Origin: Octopus sinensis
Lineage: Eukaryota
Assembly (NCBI RefSeq): GCF_006345805.1
Contig: NC_043003.1
Coordinates: forward strand, 76,756,001 to 76,820,000
Direction: 5' to 3'
DNA: 64,000 nucleotides
Both the position numbers and the translations under genes were made by a program. Numbering within the stretch: the stretch's first letter is position 1; each line of letters starts with the position of its first letter. The notes beneath the pieces were generated by a model that was given only the letters and a program-made list of their open reading frames with translations, was not told the DNA's origin and did no database searches. Shown here piece after piece: positions 14,101 to 27,945 of the stretch.

Positions 14101-14604
14101 GTATAGGCACACACCAGAAAAGGTCACAGAAAACGAGAAAGCAACCATACTCTGGGATATGCCGATACACACAGATAGAGAAATTAAGGCCAACAGACCA
14201 GATATAGTTGTCAGAGATCATGAAGAAAAAAATGCTTTCTAATTGATGTATCAATACGGCAGATGACAACGTGTCTCTAAAAGAAATGGAGAAACTCTCA
14301 AAATACAAAGACCTGGAAATAGAGGTAACTAGAATGTGGAACCTGAAAACAGAAACAATTCCTATCATAGTAGGTGCATTAGGCATGATAAAAAAATATT
14401 CAGACAAATACATAACAAAAACACCAGGACTTACAAACACATATAACATACAGAAAATTGCACTACTAGGCACTGCACACATCCTACGCAGAACACTTTC
14501 CATACAATAACCATCAGAGCATCACAACAAATCACAGCACATACCCAAGGCACACAGAGCTGCGCTCGGTAGTGAAGTGAAAGCACGCTATAAAAATAGA
14601 ACTA

Positions 14605-14607
<3 letters not shown>
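11197..14607 (+). mobile_element. R4/Dong-like non-LTR retrotransposon (RT, CCHC, REL), family 1, near full length
   Basis: Lies between two (AAT)n arrays. Single long ORF, ~100-nt 3' UTR, (AAT)n tail 14608-14686. Confidence 0.92.
11423..14510 (+). CDS. RT-zinc knuckle-REL polyprotein, disrupted in the REL domain
   Basis: RRKWTREE; YRPITCLP; EEQKGC; IDYKKAFDS; GIFQGDTLSP; LYMDD; FGLEKC; YKYLG; CRIC-x7-H-x4-C; RHD; RPDIVV. Two 1-nt losses (A-run 14226-14232, C at 14257) separate it from ...KEMEKLSKY...LRRTLSIQ. Confidence 0.9.
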
Positions 14608-14688
<81 letters not shown>

Positions 14689-14690
<2 letters not shown>

Positions 14691-14880
14691 CAAAAACACC
14701 AAGACTTACAAACACATATAACATACAGAAAAGTGCACTACTAGGCACTGCACACATCCTACGCAGAACACTTTCCATACAATAACCATCAGAGCATCAC
14801 AACAAATCACAGCACATACCCAAGGCACACAGAGCTGCGCTCGGTAGTGAAGTGAAAGCACGCTATAAAAAATAAAACTA

Positions 14881-14883
<3 letters not shown>
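14689..14883 (+). mobile_element. 5'-truncated ~195-bp family-1 copy in the (AAT)n tail of the preceding copy
   Basis: Near-identical to ~14414-14607 with a few differences (CCAAGAC vs CCAGGAC, AAGTGC vs AATTGC); has its own (AAT)n tail. Confidence 0.9.
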
Positions 14884-14965
<82 letters not shown>

Positions 14966-15002
14966 TTAATAATAACTATAATCTAATATTATTTTGTTTT
15001 GT

Positions 15003-15207
15003 ATCAGCAATATGCCTTTTCAACTGGCTTATGTCCTGCTTGTTGCAACTGTTTAAAATATTTCTACGTTTAAAATTTCTATTCTGACCAAGAACCTGAT
15101 CAGCAATATGCCTTTTCAACTGGCTTATGTCCTGCTAGTTGCAACTGTTTAAAATATTTCTACGTTTAAAATTTCTATTCTGACCAAGAACCTGATTAGC
15201 TAATCAG
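15003..15207. repeat. 96-bp direct tandem repeat (2 copies) ending in a 16-bp palindrome
   Basis: Units start at 15003 and 15099; CTGATTAGCTAATCAG at 15192-15207. Confidence 0.9.
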
Positions 15208-15236
15208 CTCCCACGCTTTTGGTGTTTCAGGGCGTG

Positions 15237-15319
<83 letters not shown>

Positions 15320-15720
15320 GTTAGAAAACTTGGTAACTAAAGTAAAATAGACAAACCAGGTGGTGAGTGGAAATCTATCGTATTGTAGGGCAAACCAGAT
15401 GCTGGTAGAAAAGCCCACTGCGAACCCAAGTAGAGAGGCGTTTGAAATACATTCAGCACATGCAACGGTGTGATTGACATCACATCCTCTACAGAGATTG
15501 AAGCATGAAATCATTCTAGATCTTGTCAGAAATTAGAAATTGATGTTGATATCCTTTTATCTCTGTCGACGCATGGCGATTGTATGGGTGGTAGACTTAT
15601 CACCAGAAATAAAATCTACTATCCTATGGCAACCGGTTTAGCCGATATCGCCCAAATATTTTCGGTGCGCCAGCTAGGCAATGAAAACCGGTCAGGATAA
15701 GAATAGAGCCCTTGATCTTA
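15320..15720 (+). pseudogene. Decayed RTE-like LINE 3' end
   Basis: RRLKYIQHMQR..DILLSLSTHG..GGR..NRSG resembles the RTE C-terminal pattern RRL..GH..R / LL..P.HG..GRP / MEDR.GW. Confidence 0.45.
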
Positions 15721-16519
15721 AAGATCTGGAGAGTATTCGTCTGTGTGTGATGGCAGCGGGTAGGAGACCAAGATCTTACTTATGTGGCACTACCACCTGC
15801 CTAACAGCTTTCGGCCTACATTATAGGGCGACTGAAAGAAATTTTCCAAGAACATCACCACCACTTCTGCCAGTGCCAAAGTTTTATAAACAGAAACAAC
15901 TTGCAATCACAATGATAAAAAAACGGAAATATCAAAATGGAGAAGCATCCGCGAAAGTAGTAACAATAACAATAAGATCAGTAACAACAGCAGAAACAGC
16001 CACACCCACCAAACAACAAACCAACAACAAAAATCCTTATGACAACAAGAAAAACATTATCATTGTCAACATCGGCAGCAAAAAGCCCAAAACAACACAA
16101 CACCATAAGACATACACATCCTCATTCAGATCATTTAGATATGTCCTGCTATAAGTGCACCTGACATTAGAAATAGGGAAACTCTCTCAGTTAGGAGTGA
16201 AGAAGCACAAAAGAAATCAAACTCTAAGATGATGCTATCATCATCATCATCATCATCATCATAAAGCGGAGGGGAGGAGGAGGAGGAGGACGACGACGAC
16301 GACGATTATGGTGATGATGATTTCAGGGGTCACAGGGATGATTTCAAGTATCATAGGGATCACAGAGAAAGGCGGACATCACGGGGACACAGTTTAAGCA
16401 AACGGTGGATTTACTGGTAAACAAAATGTAAGCAGAAACAAATATGGCAACAACATTACAACAAAGAAATTCTCCAATAAGAAGGAGACTTCAGAGTGTT
16501 AGTCGTGAAAATATCATAC

Positions 16520-19500
16520 AAGCCATTGTCATTCAAACCACTGAGTTAAGCACCCTCTCACAGTTGTTTCCCTTCAGCCCTTCCGTCCTTGAGCCCACAC
16601 GCGCATGCACAGTTGTCCTTTCTATCAAACGTTTCTTGTCACTATCATTAATCTTTCAACAAATTTTCTGAGAAGGCAGCACTTCACTTTCATTCTTATT
16701 TTCCTTTCCAAATGATTCTTTGACCGACGCTTTATGCCTACCAGTGCAGAGACCTCGGCCATAAAGCCCCCCCCCGCCCCCGAAACAGACAAGCAAATAG
16801 ATTTTCATTGATGATGTGAGTTTCTCCAAAATCGTCTATGCTTTTCTCTGCCACAGGTCCTCTATAGTACGTCAATGTGGAATTTCCATCGGCGGCCATG
16901 CGCAACTGGTAGAGATCTGCGAGATTATCATGACATTTCAGACGCTAAGAACCCTGTCTCGGTTTCACTTTCTCCGTCTGCAGCTTTGATGACCACTACA
17001 CCTGTTCGCCGTCAAGAATTGCTGGAGATCTGACCTCAGCAAAACATGCTCAGATTTCGCCAAATGAACTGCATCTCTATCACCTAACCCAAAAGAGCAG
17101 ATGCTCCAGTATGTTCAGGTGTAAAATAGAGCAAGGCAAAACGAATCAAATTGTAATAGACGACAGAGACAATTCGGGTATTCGCCAAATCTGCCCAACT
17201 CCTCAGCATTTGCTCTCACTTAGTTCATTTCTCGGTGAGACTGGCCACTGTGCTCGTCACTTCATTTTAGTTCTTGATCACCAGAAGATCTGAACGAAAC
17301 CACTTGGATTGCATAGCCCTGTATTTCCATGAGGACAGCTGCTAGTCCACCGAGTTTTCTTAATTGGAATTGGCTTCTGTCACCTATCGTAGTCCTTGAG
17401 ATCATCTTCATTGGAATAACAAGCTTTGCTTATTATACAGTACTATAAAGGAGACAACTTTTTCTTATGTCCTCAAAGATCTTTCCTTGCAAGTTAAAAC
17501 GGTAGTTTCTCTAGAATTTGTAAAAACAAAAATGACGCATAATACTTCAATGCGCATAATACTTCAATGTTCCCATAAGCTATTTTAGCTGAGCTTCAAA
17601 CAGATGTCGCTGAGTATCGTGATCATTTAGCCTCTGAAAGTGGAGCTGTGAGGTCAGACACCATGTATTACAAGTCAACCACATCGATGGCTTTCGATTG
17701 ATGTAAGTTGATCAAGGCTCTACACATGCCTGCTTCTTACCCACATTTTCTATGATCACTTGCATAATGTGTAGCTTGTCACGAACTGAATTTTTAAATC
17801 GCACATGTCTATGATCAATCAGCCTACCGACAACAAGCACCAAGCTCTTGAATAACACCTTCGCCAAAATCATTAAATCTGCACTTATCGGCGTTATGGC
17901 CCTGAAATTAACAATGCCGTTCCTATTGTTTGCATACTTTGTCAGAGCTATGGCACTTCGGCTCATAAAAACGGGGATCTTCCCATTCCACTGCCAGTTG
18001 TAGCAGATTTCTATCAAGAGTTAATCAAACAAGCCTATCTTGGGTCAAAACATTCAAACCAGATAATTTGCTGTCAGTGTAATTAACCATCGCTCCCCGT
18101 ATTTCTGATCTACTTATAACTTTCTCATCTCACTCCACCTCTGTAGCCGAGAGTAGTAACTGGCCGTCGAGGCAGTTATTGAAATCCGTCCTCCGAGAAG
18201 GCTTACCACTCATCTTGAAAGGTTATGCAAATCACCGCAGAAAAGCTGCGCACATTTTCTTGGCATCTCGTACACCCCAAAAGATGGCTTTCTTGCTATA
18301 TTGCTCTCTTACCACTCTAGTCCATCGAACGGCTTTCGTTCCTTCTAGTCTTTGAGTAAATACTTTAGATCTGACAAGACAGCGTTTGTGCTTCGTCTTA
18401 AATCATTTACCGAGGTCCAGTCTCACCGCACGCATGTCAATCATGATTCCTTTCCAAAACGTCTCTTCTATATTTCTAATTTGTTTTCCCTCTAGTCTAG
18501 GTTTCTTTATTCCTACTTCCTCCAGTCACTCTTTTCAGAGCGAAAGTCATTTAGTTTTGACAAATGTACTTGTCTATGCTCCCATAACAGATTTACTAAT
18601 TTAGACTCTGTAAGCATGTTGCACCGGTAGTTGTACGTGTAGTTTCTCGTAACAGGTTCCCTGCTGTTGAAGCCATTCTATGTTGACTGTGCAGATCTCA
18701 AATTTGTGCTCAGTATAGCCGATGTCTTTGAACTGTAGAAAATCTACGCTATCTTTATCCACATACCTAGATACCATTTGGATGGCCCGATAACATTAGT
18801 CAACGCATATCCAAGAAATCCACTTGATACCTGTCACAAAATTGCAAATGTCTGATAGGTTTTCGAGACTGGTACAACCACTTCTCCTATCCGCTTGCCC
18901 CACACATGTGAAGTCTATACACATGATGACATTCTAATTATATGCTAACACTGACGAGCGCGATGTCCCCAAGAAAATTTCCTAATGCCGGAGGAAATCT
19001 GATCACTCCAAAACTAGGCGTAGACGGCTATTAGCCTAATGTTATGGCCTTCGTTGCTCATCATGTCGAGCACCACGAAATGCGGCGGGAGAAACTTGTA
19101 ACCTTGATATGCTGTTCATACTGGTGGCCAACACGTTAATGTCTAATAAACAGAAGTCGTTGTATTGATGACACTTTTTCCAGGCAACACAAAGCTATTT
19201 CTCTTTCTGTATAATCAATAGTTTAGTATAATTTTTTGTGAATTATACAAAATGTTACGTGTGTCTCCTATTATATAGTTAATAACCAATGTTAATGCTG
19301 TTCATGTGATGTTGGCAGTAGCAGGGTGTCTTCCAGCTGTTACTTTCGTTACTACTTTCTGTCGGTGCGGGGACCAGGAGACCTTCAGGTAATCGGCGTC
19401 ACTACAGTTGTGGCATCTATACATTCTACCCTATTGCACAACTTTCTACCTTCTTGGGATCAATATTAACTGGAATATCCTATCTAGTATCACATATTTC

Positions 19501-20400
19501 TTCTCAACCAGGATTTCATGTCTCATTCCACCAAATTTTCCTTTCGAAATTTTTTTTTATCTCTACCAATATCATAGGCCCCTCCAATGAAACACATTCC
19601 TCACTCATCAGAAGTTCAGCTTTAGTCTCGTATTGGCGATGTTCAATCTTTCTCATACTCAATCTCACTTAAATAGCTATCTGTTTATATTCCTGAGATC
19701 CATACAGGCACAAGACTGTCTGTGTGGTAAGAAGCTTGCTTCCCAAGTACATGTCTCCAGGTTCAGTCCTACTGCGTGACACCTTGGGTAAGTGTCTTCT
19801 ACTTTTTCCTAAGACCGACCAAAGCTTTGTGAGTTAATTTGGCTGATGGAACCTGAAAGAAAACCGTCATATATGAGTGTGTGTGTGCGTCTTTAAGTCA
19901 GTGTTTGTCCCCATCCACCGCTTGACAACCGTAACTTAGCTGTTCAACAACGGAATCGATAGAATAGTTACCTAAATTATAAAAATGAACTGGCGTCCAT
20001 TTATTCGGCTAAAGTTTCTTCAAGGCGGTAACCCAGCATGACCGCACTCTAATGACTGAAACAAGTAAAATTAAAATATAGAGATTGAAAAGTGGGAAAA
20101 AGTGGCCAGTCAATCGAATACAATAAAATAGCCTGGTATGAGTCACGAAGTCTATGTCTCCTTATTTTAGGATCATTCGCTCCTGTTTATGTTTCTTTAG
20201 TGATAGAATCATAGCGTCTACTACACCAGAGTTTATTTTCTCTGCATGCCATAACACAGCTGTTATGGTAACGCGAATTTCTTTCAAGTTTGTTGATATA
20301 TCGTTCTGTTTCTTCCCATCAGTGAGACTAAATGAAAATTCCAACACCAATAAATGACGTGTTACAATTACTTTTGCTGTTAACTTCGTTGTCGTTGTGG
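16520..20400 (-). pseudogene. Decayed L1/Tx1-like LINE (ORF1 knuckle relic, APE, RT, C-terminus), interrupted by a SINE
   Basis: NFRAITPISADLMILAKVL (ORF 17712-18017); ALINLHQSKAIDVVD; WFRSDLLVIKN; IGYTEHKF (APE SDH-like); GRMYRCHNC..YL..W (knuckle relic near 19400); KNHLERKIR near 16700. Many stops; the ORF1 extent above 19140 is less certain. Confidence 0.7.
19706..20075 (+). mobile_element. Family B SINE
   Basis: TGTGTGGTAAGAAGCTTGC..GTTCAGTCC..ACCTTGGGTAAGTGTC head; short TG tract; CCAGCATGACCGCA..ACTGAAACAAG tail. Confidence 0.85.
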
Positions 20401-20958
20401 CTATTGTAATTGCTCAATATTGGAGTGCCGTTAGTGCAGTTTTCTTCCTTTTAATACAACGTCGCAGTTGCTCCTATTTTTGTTTTTGCCGTAGCTATTG
20501 ATGATACAGGTGACGTTGTTTGCAGTAGCATCAGAATTGCTTTCAAAGTTACTTCACACTTTCTCGTGCTGGCCGAGCGGCATGGATGAAATTGTGGGAG
20601 CCATTTTGAATATTCTGCTTTGATTTGAAAATATTTTGCTTCATTAAAATTTTGGCACATAAGACGAGCAACAGAAGGTAAACTATTCCTTATATTTCAG
20701 GTTGGCTTCATATCAATATAAAAAAAAATCAACAAACGTAACACTCTAGAAAGGAAAACACGACACAAAGTCTCGGTGCTTTCAAAGTACACTCAGCACA
20801 ACAAGTAGTAGTAGTATTAGTAGTAGTAGTAGTAGTAGTAGTAGGAGGAGGAGGAGGAGGGGGGTACAAGTTGTAGTAGTAGAAGTAGTAGTAGTAGTAG
20901 ATGAAGTTGCAGCAGTAGCAGTAGTAGTAACAGCAATAATAATAATAATAATAATAAT

Positions 20959-21570
20959 TTACAATATTAAAACTGCCGACAAGTGGTATAATCACCACCC
21001 TGAAGCTGTAACTGAAGGAGAAAATGTAACGATTCTGTGGGACTTTCCAGTACATACAGACCGAACCATCAAGCCAATAAACCAGATATTGTTGTGAAAG
21101 ACCAAAACAATAAAGTTTGCTTATTGATCGACATGAGCATCCCCTGTGATCATAATATCTCGGCGAAAGAATTTGATAAGCTCAGAAAATATAAAGACCT
21201 GCTCATTGAAATTGAGAAAATGTGGCATCTCAAGGCGATTACAATACCAGTGATCGTAGGAGCACTAGCAATGATCAAGAAGGGAACCGAAAATTATATG
21301 AGAATGATCCCTGGCTTACCATCCCTGCAAGAAGTGCAAAACATTGTCTTAACTGGTACATCACACGTATTGAGAAGTGCATTGTCGATGTGAGAACTAT
21401 TACTACCCATGTATTTTAATTTAACTTTATTTCTATCACAAAAAAAATGAACGAACTAGTGAGTTTAGTTTAATGGCCTACCAATGTATACTATGAGTTT
21501 CTTTGCCCTAGGAGTCGGGAAGACACTCGGCAAGAAATGGAAGCAAATTTGAAAGAAGAAAAACCCATAA

Positions 21571-21571
<1 letters not shown>
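20959..21571 (+). mobile_element. 5'-truncated family-2 R4/Dong-like copy (REL domain and 3' UTR)
   Basis: KPDIVVKDQNNKVCLLIDMSIP..KEFDKLRKY, near-identical to the 3' end of 48400-51909. (AAT)n on both sides. Confidence 0.92.
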
Positions 21572-21643
<72 letters not shown>

Positions 21644-21644
21644 G

Positions 21645-21707
<63 letters not shown>

Positions 21708-21861
21708 TAATAATAATAACAACGACAACAACAAAAATAGTAATAATAATATATGTATATGTCTGAGTGTGTGTATTAGCGACAGAGGCAGTATTATTAT
21801 TATTATCATTATTAATTTTATTATTATTATTCTTATTGTTATTATTACTATTATTATTATA

Positions 21862-21967
<106 letters not shown>

Positions 21968-21975
21968 TACTATTA

Positions 21976-22054
<79 letters not shown>

Positions 22055-22099
22055 GTCCACTAATAGTTTATGGCATAGATGCAATGTCAGAGAGAAGGT

Positions 22100-22200
22100 T
22101 ACTTAAATGAATAGATCCTCAGTATTCGACACGTACTTTATTTCATTGATTTTGGATGGATGAAAAGCAACGCCGAGTTTGGCGTGATTTGAACTGAAAA
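22100..22200 (-). mobile_element. Degenerate family A SINE fragment
   Basis: GATGAAAAGCAACGCCGAGTTTGGCGTGATTTGAACT matches the family A core and B box in reverse. Confidence 0.5.
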
Positions 22201-22497
22201 AAAAATACGAAACAAATAAAGTATTATTGATTCTATCATTCCAACGAAGTAGTAGTAGTAGTAGTAATAGCAGTAGCAGTAGTATTATCAGCAGCAGCAA
22301 CAACAACAGCAGGTTTAAAAGTCTTCCAATCTATTCGTTGTGTGGTATTACAGTTTGTGTCAGTTTTATCGCGAAACTAAATTGTCAGCCGCTGTTTATT
22401 GCTGCCATAAATCAGGTCTTCGCTGTCGTGAGACTAGAAATTACTACTCTTTTTAAGTAACTCTCTTTAAACATGGATGTATATATATGTGTGTGTG

Positions 22498-22564
<67 letters not shown>

Positions 22565-22959
22565 ATGTGTGTGTGTGTGGTGTGTGTGTGTGTGTATAAA
22601 TAAATAAATGAGCTAAAGGTCTTTATCGAAATACATTTTCTCGTCCACACACATTACTTCTTAACTTCCTGTGATAACGATAAACAATTTCCGAGAGTTT
22701 TGATTTGATATTTGACACACTAAATCATCCGATCGTACACCAGCGCCACCCTAAGCACTAACGCCACTACCAACACATTCACATACACACATATAAGTAC
22801 CATATCCACCAGGACTACGACAAATTCTTTTACTCTAAGCCAAAATTAAATCTCTTCACCAACTTGTGTAAAGAACTAACGTATGTTATCATGTGAATAC
22901 AAACGACTTCTCGAATTGTAAAAGACATTTTCGATACAAGCAAACGCTCTACGAACAAA

Positions 22960-23400
22960 AGAAATATAAGTGCATTTGCGATTTCGACAGCATGTACAGC
23001 ATTGGGCCTTACAATTAACTAGAAGAAAATTGTTCTAGTGTACCAATCTACTCATCTAAACTTTATATGAAACATACTATAACTGTGAATGGTCAAAGGT
23101 TAGAAGTTGCAATTAAATTCATTTATATTTAGGAAGTACTTTGATCACTACTGCTCTTAATAATGAAATTTCGTATAGAATCAGCAAGGCTAGTAGTGCC
23201 TTTGGTAGGCTTGACAAATGCCGTTGGTCATGCCCTAGTATATTTTTCCAAATTAAAGTTAGAACATGTGTCTTGCCATCGTTTCTATATGGAAGTGACC
23301 CATGGATTGTCGGCATTTATGACATGTGGAACGATATTATCAATATTGGAATCTTTGGAGAATTCTTGAATCGTGAGGTCATTTTCTCTTCTCATTTAGA
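22960..23400 (+). pseudogene. Decayed RTE-clade RT fragment
   Basis: ACTALGLTIN..ITVNGQRLEV..YLGSTL..NEISYRISKASSAFGRL..W..VLPSFLYGS..W. Confidence 0.8.
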
Positions 23401-23490
23401 CCTGTTCTCAGTTACCATTGGTAACTGTGATGAATTGTCTCAAAGTGGAGATAATTTTGATAAATGAATATATATAAATATATATATCTA

Positions 23491-23545
23491 ATGGCGGTGC
23501 CCCAGCATGGCCACAGCTCATGAGCTGAAACTAAAATCAATCAAT
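23491..23545 (+). mobile_element. 3' tail fragment related to family B SINE
   Basis: GGCGGTGCCCCAGCATGGCCACAGCTC..GCTGAAAC. Confidence 0.6.
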
Positions 23546-23551
23546 CAATCA

Positions 23552-23584
<33 letters not shown>

Positions 23585-23700
23585 ATATAATCAATAATAA
23601 TAAAGGGTAAAATTAATTAATCAATTAATAATTAATAACTTTACCAAGTAGTTCGGTGTGTTAAAAGAACTATTATCGGTAAACTTATACAAAAATTCTA

Positions 23701-24024
23701 TAATTATGAGCATAATTATAATTAGGGTTCAGCAAAATTTGTTTCACCACTTACCTGCGTGAGTTATAGAGTATTGCTGTCTGGGAGATATCTTATGATA
23801 GTAGAATAGTATTTTAACTGCTATTTCTAAATTTCGGTATGTGGTGAAGCAAATTTTGCTAAAACACTAATTATAATTATGCTCATAATTATTGAATATA
23901 TATATATATAGGTTAAAGTAGTGAGTAATGACAAACAAATACGGAAGACTTCACAAGAATATATAGTTTAATGTAGTTTATTTTAGTTTTGCCTAATAGT
24001 TTGCTTTCCTCACTACTTTAACCT
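23701..24024. repeat. Two adjacent fold-back units
   Basis: ~50-bp arms 23701-23750/23841-23891, and perfect 16-bp arms AGGTTAAAGTAGTGAG 23910-23925/24009-24024. Confidence 0.85.
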
Positions 24025-24197
24025 TTACCTACTGACTCAAGAAGAAGCCACTCATTGCCGGTTTTGCATAAGACAGTCTCTTACCACACCTTCAGCTGCT
24101 GTTCAAACTGGAATTCTAGTGGCACAACTATTTGAACACTCAGAAAACATGACTATTAGTCTGAGTCACCCTGACGAAAACTACTCCTATACATTAT

Positions 24198-24386
24198 GGG
24201 TGCACCTGTGGCTTGCTTCTCAACCACATGGTTCCAAGTTCAATCCCACTGCCTGGCATCTTTGGTAAGTGTATTCTACTATAGTCTCTGGCCGACCAAA
24301 TCCTGGTGAGTGGATTTGTTAAACGGAAAGTGAAAGAAGTCCGTCGTATATATATATGTGTATGTGTGTGTGTGTATGTTTGTATG

Positions 24387-24417
<31 letters not shown>

Positions 24418-24427
24418 TATATATATG

Positions 24428-24483
<56 letters not shown>

Positions 24484-24824
24484 ATATACACACATACACA
24501 CAAACACACGCTAGCAATGCACCCCACCGTTGCCCAGATGCTGTGACCTACACCCAAATTGTATTACATATATATGCCCTATTTTCGAGTTCAAAATAGA
24601 TAGATAGATAGATAGATAGATGTGTGTGTGTGTGTCTGTGTTTGTCCACCCGCCATCGCTTGACAATTGATGCTGTTCTGTTTATTTCCCTATAACTTAG
24701 CGGTTCGGCATAAGAGCCGAAAAGAAGAAGTCTTACGGTCGATTTATTCGATTAAAAGCCTTGAAGGCGGTGTTCCAGCTTGGCCGCACGCAGTCAAATG
24801 TCTGAAACAAATAGAAGACTAAAA

Positions 24825-24826
<2 letters not shown>
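24198..24826 (+). mobile_element. Family B SINE with expanded internal microsatellite and extra insert
   Basis: Head to GAAAGAAGTCCGTCG, ~300 bp of TA/CA/TAGA repeats plus unique sequence, then the family 3' half. Confidence 0.8.
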
Positions 24827-24877
<51 letters not shown>

Positions 24878-25901
24878 TATATCATGGTGTCAGACAGACT
24901 ATCGCTGTTATTGTTATCCGCATATGACAAAAGTTTCGCCATAGGCAAACATTACATTTTAAATGAATACGCAGAACATACACATAAATAAGAATATTAA
25001 ACTCTCATCTACTAAACAAGCCAGTTAGCTCCGCTACAAATACCAAAAGCAATTTTGATAAAAATAATACATTTACTTGAAAATACGACCAATGTAACCG
25101 TTCCTCATCGAAATCCAAGAAATATGACTCTTTACTATTTAAGAAACATATTTCTAATATTTCTAATATCGATAGTATTTCACGAAATACTTTCCATTTT
25201 ACTGGCGCTAACCTTACGCGTTATATGCAGTAAGTCATCTACTAATGCAATAAATGACTCTCATCACTCTCAAAGCTATAATAACCTATCATTGAAGTGG
25301 TACTAGAAGAAATAGGAAATGTAATATTAACTGATTTAATGTTCCGTTTCCAAGAAATGTCAAAGCGAAGATTGTACTTTTATTCTTTAAAATTCTTAAA
25401 GATAATTTTCTTCCTCAACATAAGTACTACAAAGTTTTCAGCATGTAGACCCTAACATCAAATTGCTATATTTTATACAAACATAATATTTATTCTACGC
25501 ACACAATTCTAGTGTTAATAATAATTATCTTTCTGAATATAATTCATATGATAGTATCGGTTATAATTTTAATCCTGGAATGGGTAACAATGGTCATGAT
25601 TATAAATCTTTCTACAATAGCCAAAAAGCATGATACTTTGCGGTAGCAGGCTGACCATAGCCCGCAGTAAACAACTGGTACTTATTTTATCAATCCAGAA
25701 AGGCTTGTGGGCAAAAAGACCTCGACACTTTGCCCGACGTACTAATGATCTTACCAGCTCACTGCTAGTCATATCAATAGTACTAGTACTTATAGTAATA
25801 ATAAAATATCAATAATAATAATGGTGGATATAATGGTTGTTACAATATTGATTATCCTCTTAATGATAATCATGACCACTGTGATAACAATAATAATAAT
25901 C

Positions 25902-26268
25902 CTTTCTTCTGAAGGCACAAGGCCTGAAATTTGGGTTGAAGACGACTAGGAGGGACATGAAAAGCAATGTCAACCTCGGCGGAATTTGAACTCAGAACGT
26001 AAAAAACTGACGAAATGCCGATAAGCATTTTGCCCGTCGTCCCAATATTAATGGGTTTCAAAATGTTGCACAAGGCCAGTGAGTTCGAGAGTGGGTGATA
26101 ATCGATTACATCGTCTACAGTGCTAAAGTGGTAATTATTTTATCGACCCCGGAAGGATAAAAGGCAAAGTCGATCCCGGCGGTGTGTGAAATCAGAACGT
26201 AACTACAGACGAAATGGCGCTAAGCATTTTTGCCCGGTGCAATAACGACACTGCCAGCTCTCCGCCTT
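25902..26268 (-). mobile_element. Two adjacent family A SINEs (25902-26040, 26053-26268)
   Basis: Reverse B box (GAATTTGAACTCAGAACG), AGGCAAAGTCGA core, CACAAGGCC tail. Confidence 0.8.
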
Positions 26269-27554
26269 CATAACAATAATGATATTAATGCAATTAACAA
26301 AAAGGAGTAACGCTACATAGATGATTTTTATATTAAGTATTAAATAACGAGATTAAAGTCAGAAATGGAAATAATATCTCTGTCAGTATCAAAGGTAACA
26401 ATACTTTATCTGTATCTTTATTTTACCAGATAAAGACTGATGTATTTGTTGGGTGAAAGTTAATTATACGCTAAACGGTTTCTGCAAACGTAATAACATG
26501 TTTTATAAACTTACAGTTAAAGCACATAACTGCTCTGAATTCTATATTGGCTCCATTTCTAATTTGAAAAGATATTAATCGCCAACCATTCCTTTTCTAA
26601 GAATATCTTAAATAACACTACATGTATCGTTCAATATATTTTCACTTTGAATGCGAAAAATATTCCTTATTATTTAGAATGAGACATTCTTAAATCTTCA
26701 GATTTATATCAAGGTATCGAAAAACTCTACATGTTATGTAAATGTGAAATTTTAGAGTTCATTCAAACTGGCCTACATAATTTGTTGAATTCTAAGTACA
26801 ATATTCGGAATTATCACCATTTAATTTTTTACACCCACAGGTACATAAGTATATATGTGCAGACTCACGCACAAGAATATATAGATAAGCATACAAGCAA
26901 TGATTTTCACGCGTACGCTTAAGTGGAAATTAAAAGTAGAAACCAAAAACAATTCATCATCACATCTTTCCTTGAACAACTAACATTCATGCTTAGGACT
27001 AGAATATGAATGTAACTACAATACATTTTGGGATTATATTGTAGGTTAAATCAAATACTAATACTGAGACATATCTCTCTTCTATACATTTTCTGATTCT
27101 TCTATCAGTTATCGCATTTATTTTGAATGGTGCATATTTCATATATCGTAGATATGTATACCATTATTCTCTTATATAAATATTTAATTATATATGGATA
27201 TGCGAACATACAATTTCTATACCGGGGTATATATCTAAGCGAAACACCTGTTTGTGCGAGTGTTTATTAGTATACATGGCTGCATATGTATACATATATA
27301 TATATAAATGTATGTTTACATGTGTGTGTCCACATATATAATATACATATGTGCATCTATACGCATGAATGAGATTTACTAGTATACATTTCTATGTGTG
27401 TATGTTTACACACACATACACAACGCATACACTCAACACACATACATATTTAGTGAGAACATAAATCTGTAATTTATGTTACTTAGGCTTATATGTATGT
27501 ATATAAGTGCATGTGGTCAAATCTATATATGCCCAAGTTTGTGTATCTCTCCGT

Positions 27555-27624
<70 letters not shown>

Positions 27625-27648
<24 letters not shown>

Positions 27649-27907
27649 ATATATATATATATACATATGTATATATATATATATGTATATGTATATAAAT
27701 ATATATATATACATATATATACTTATTCATATATATACGTATATGTAAATGTATATATATATATATATGCATATATATATTTTTACATATAGATAGATAA
27801 ATACATAGATCTTAAGCTGTAGAATTACCTCTACTACTATGTATACATATGTATATGTTTTAGTTTACATATGTATGTGCAATGCCTGTGTATACATATA
27901 TGTATAA

Positions 27908-27945
<38 letters not shown>

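Noticed and set aside
11502-14503. Antisense ORFs over the family-1 LINE (likewise 49267-51738 over family 2)
   Set aside because: Shadow ORFs of the real RT frame; no independent motifs.
15003-15196. Direct repeats as a possible CRISPR array
   Set aside because: Two abutting 96-bp units, no spacers, no cas genes, eukaryotic context.
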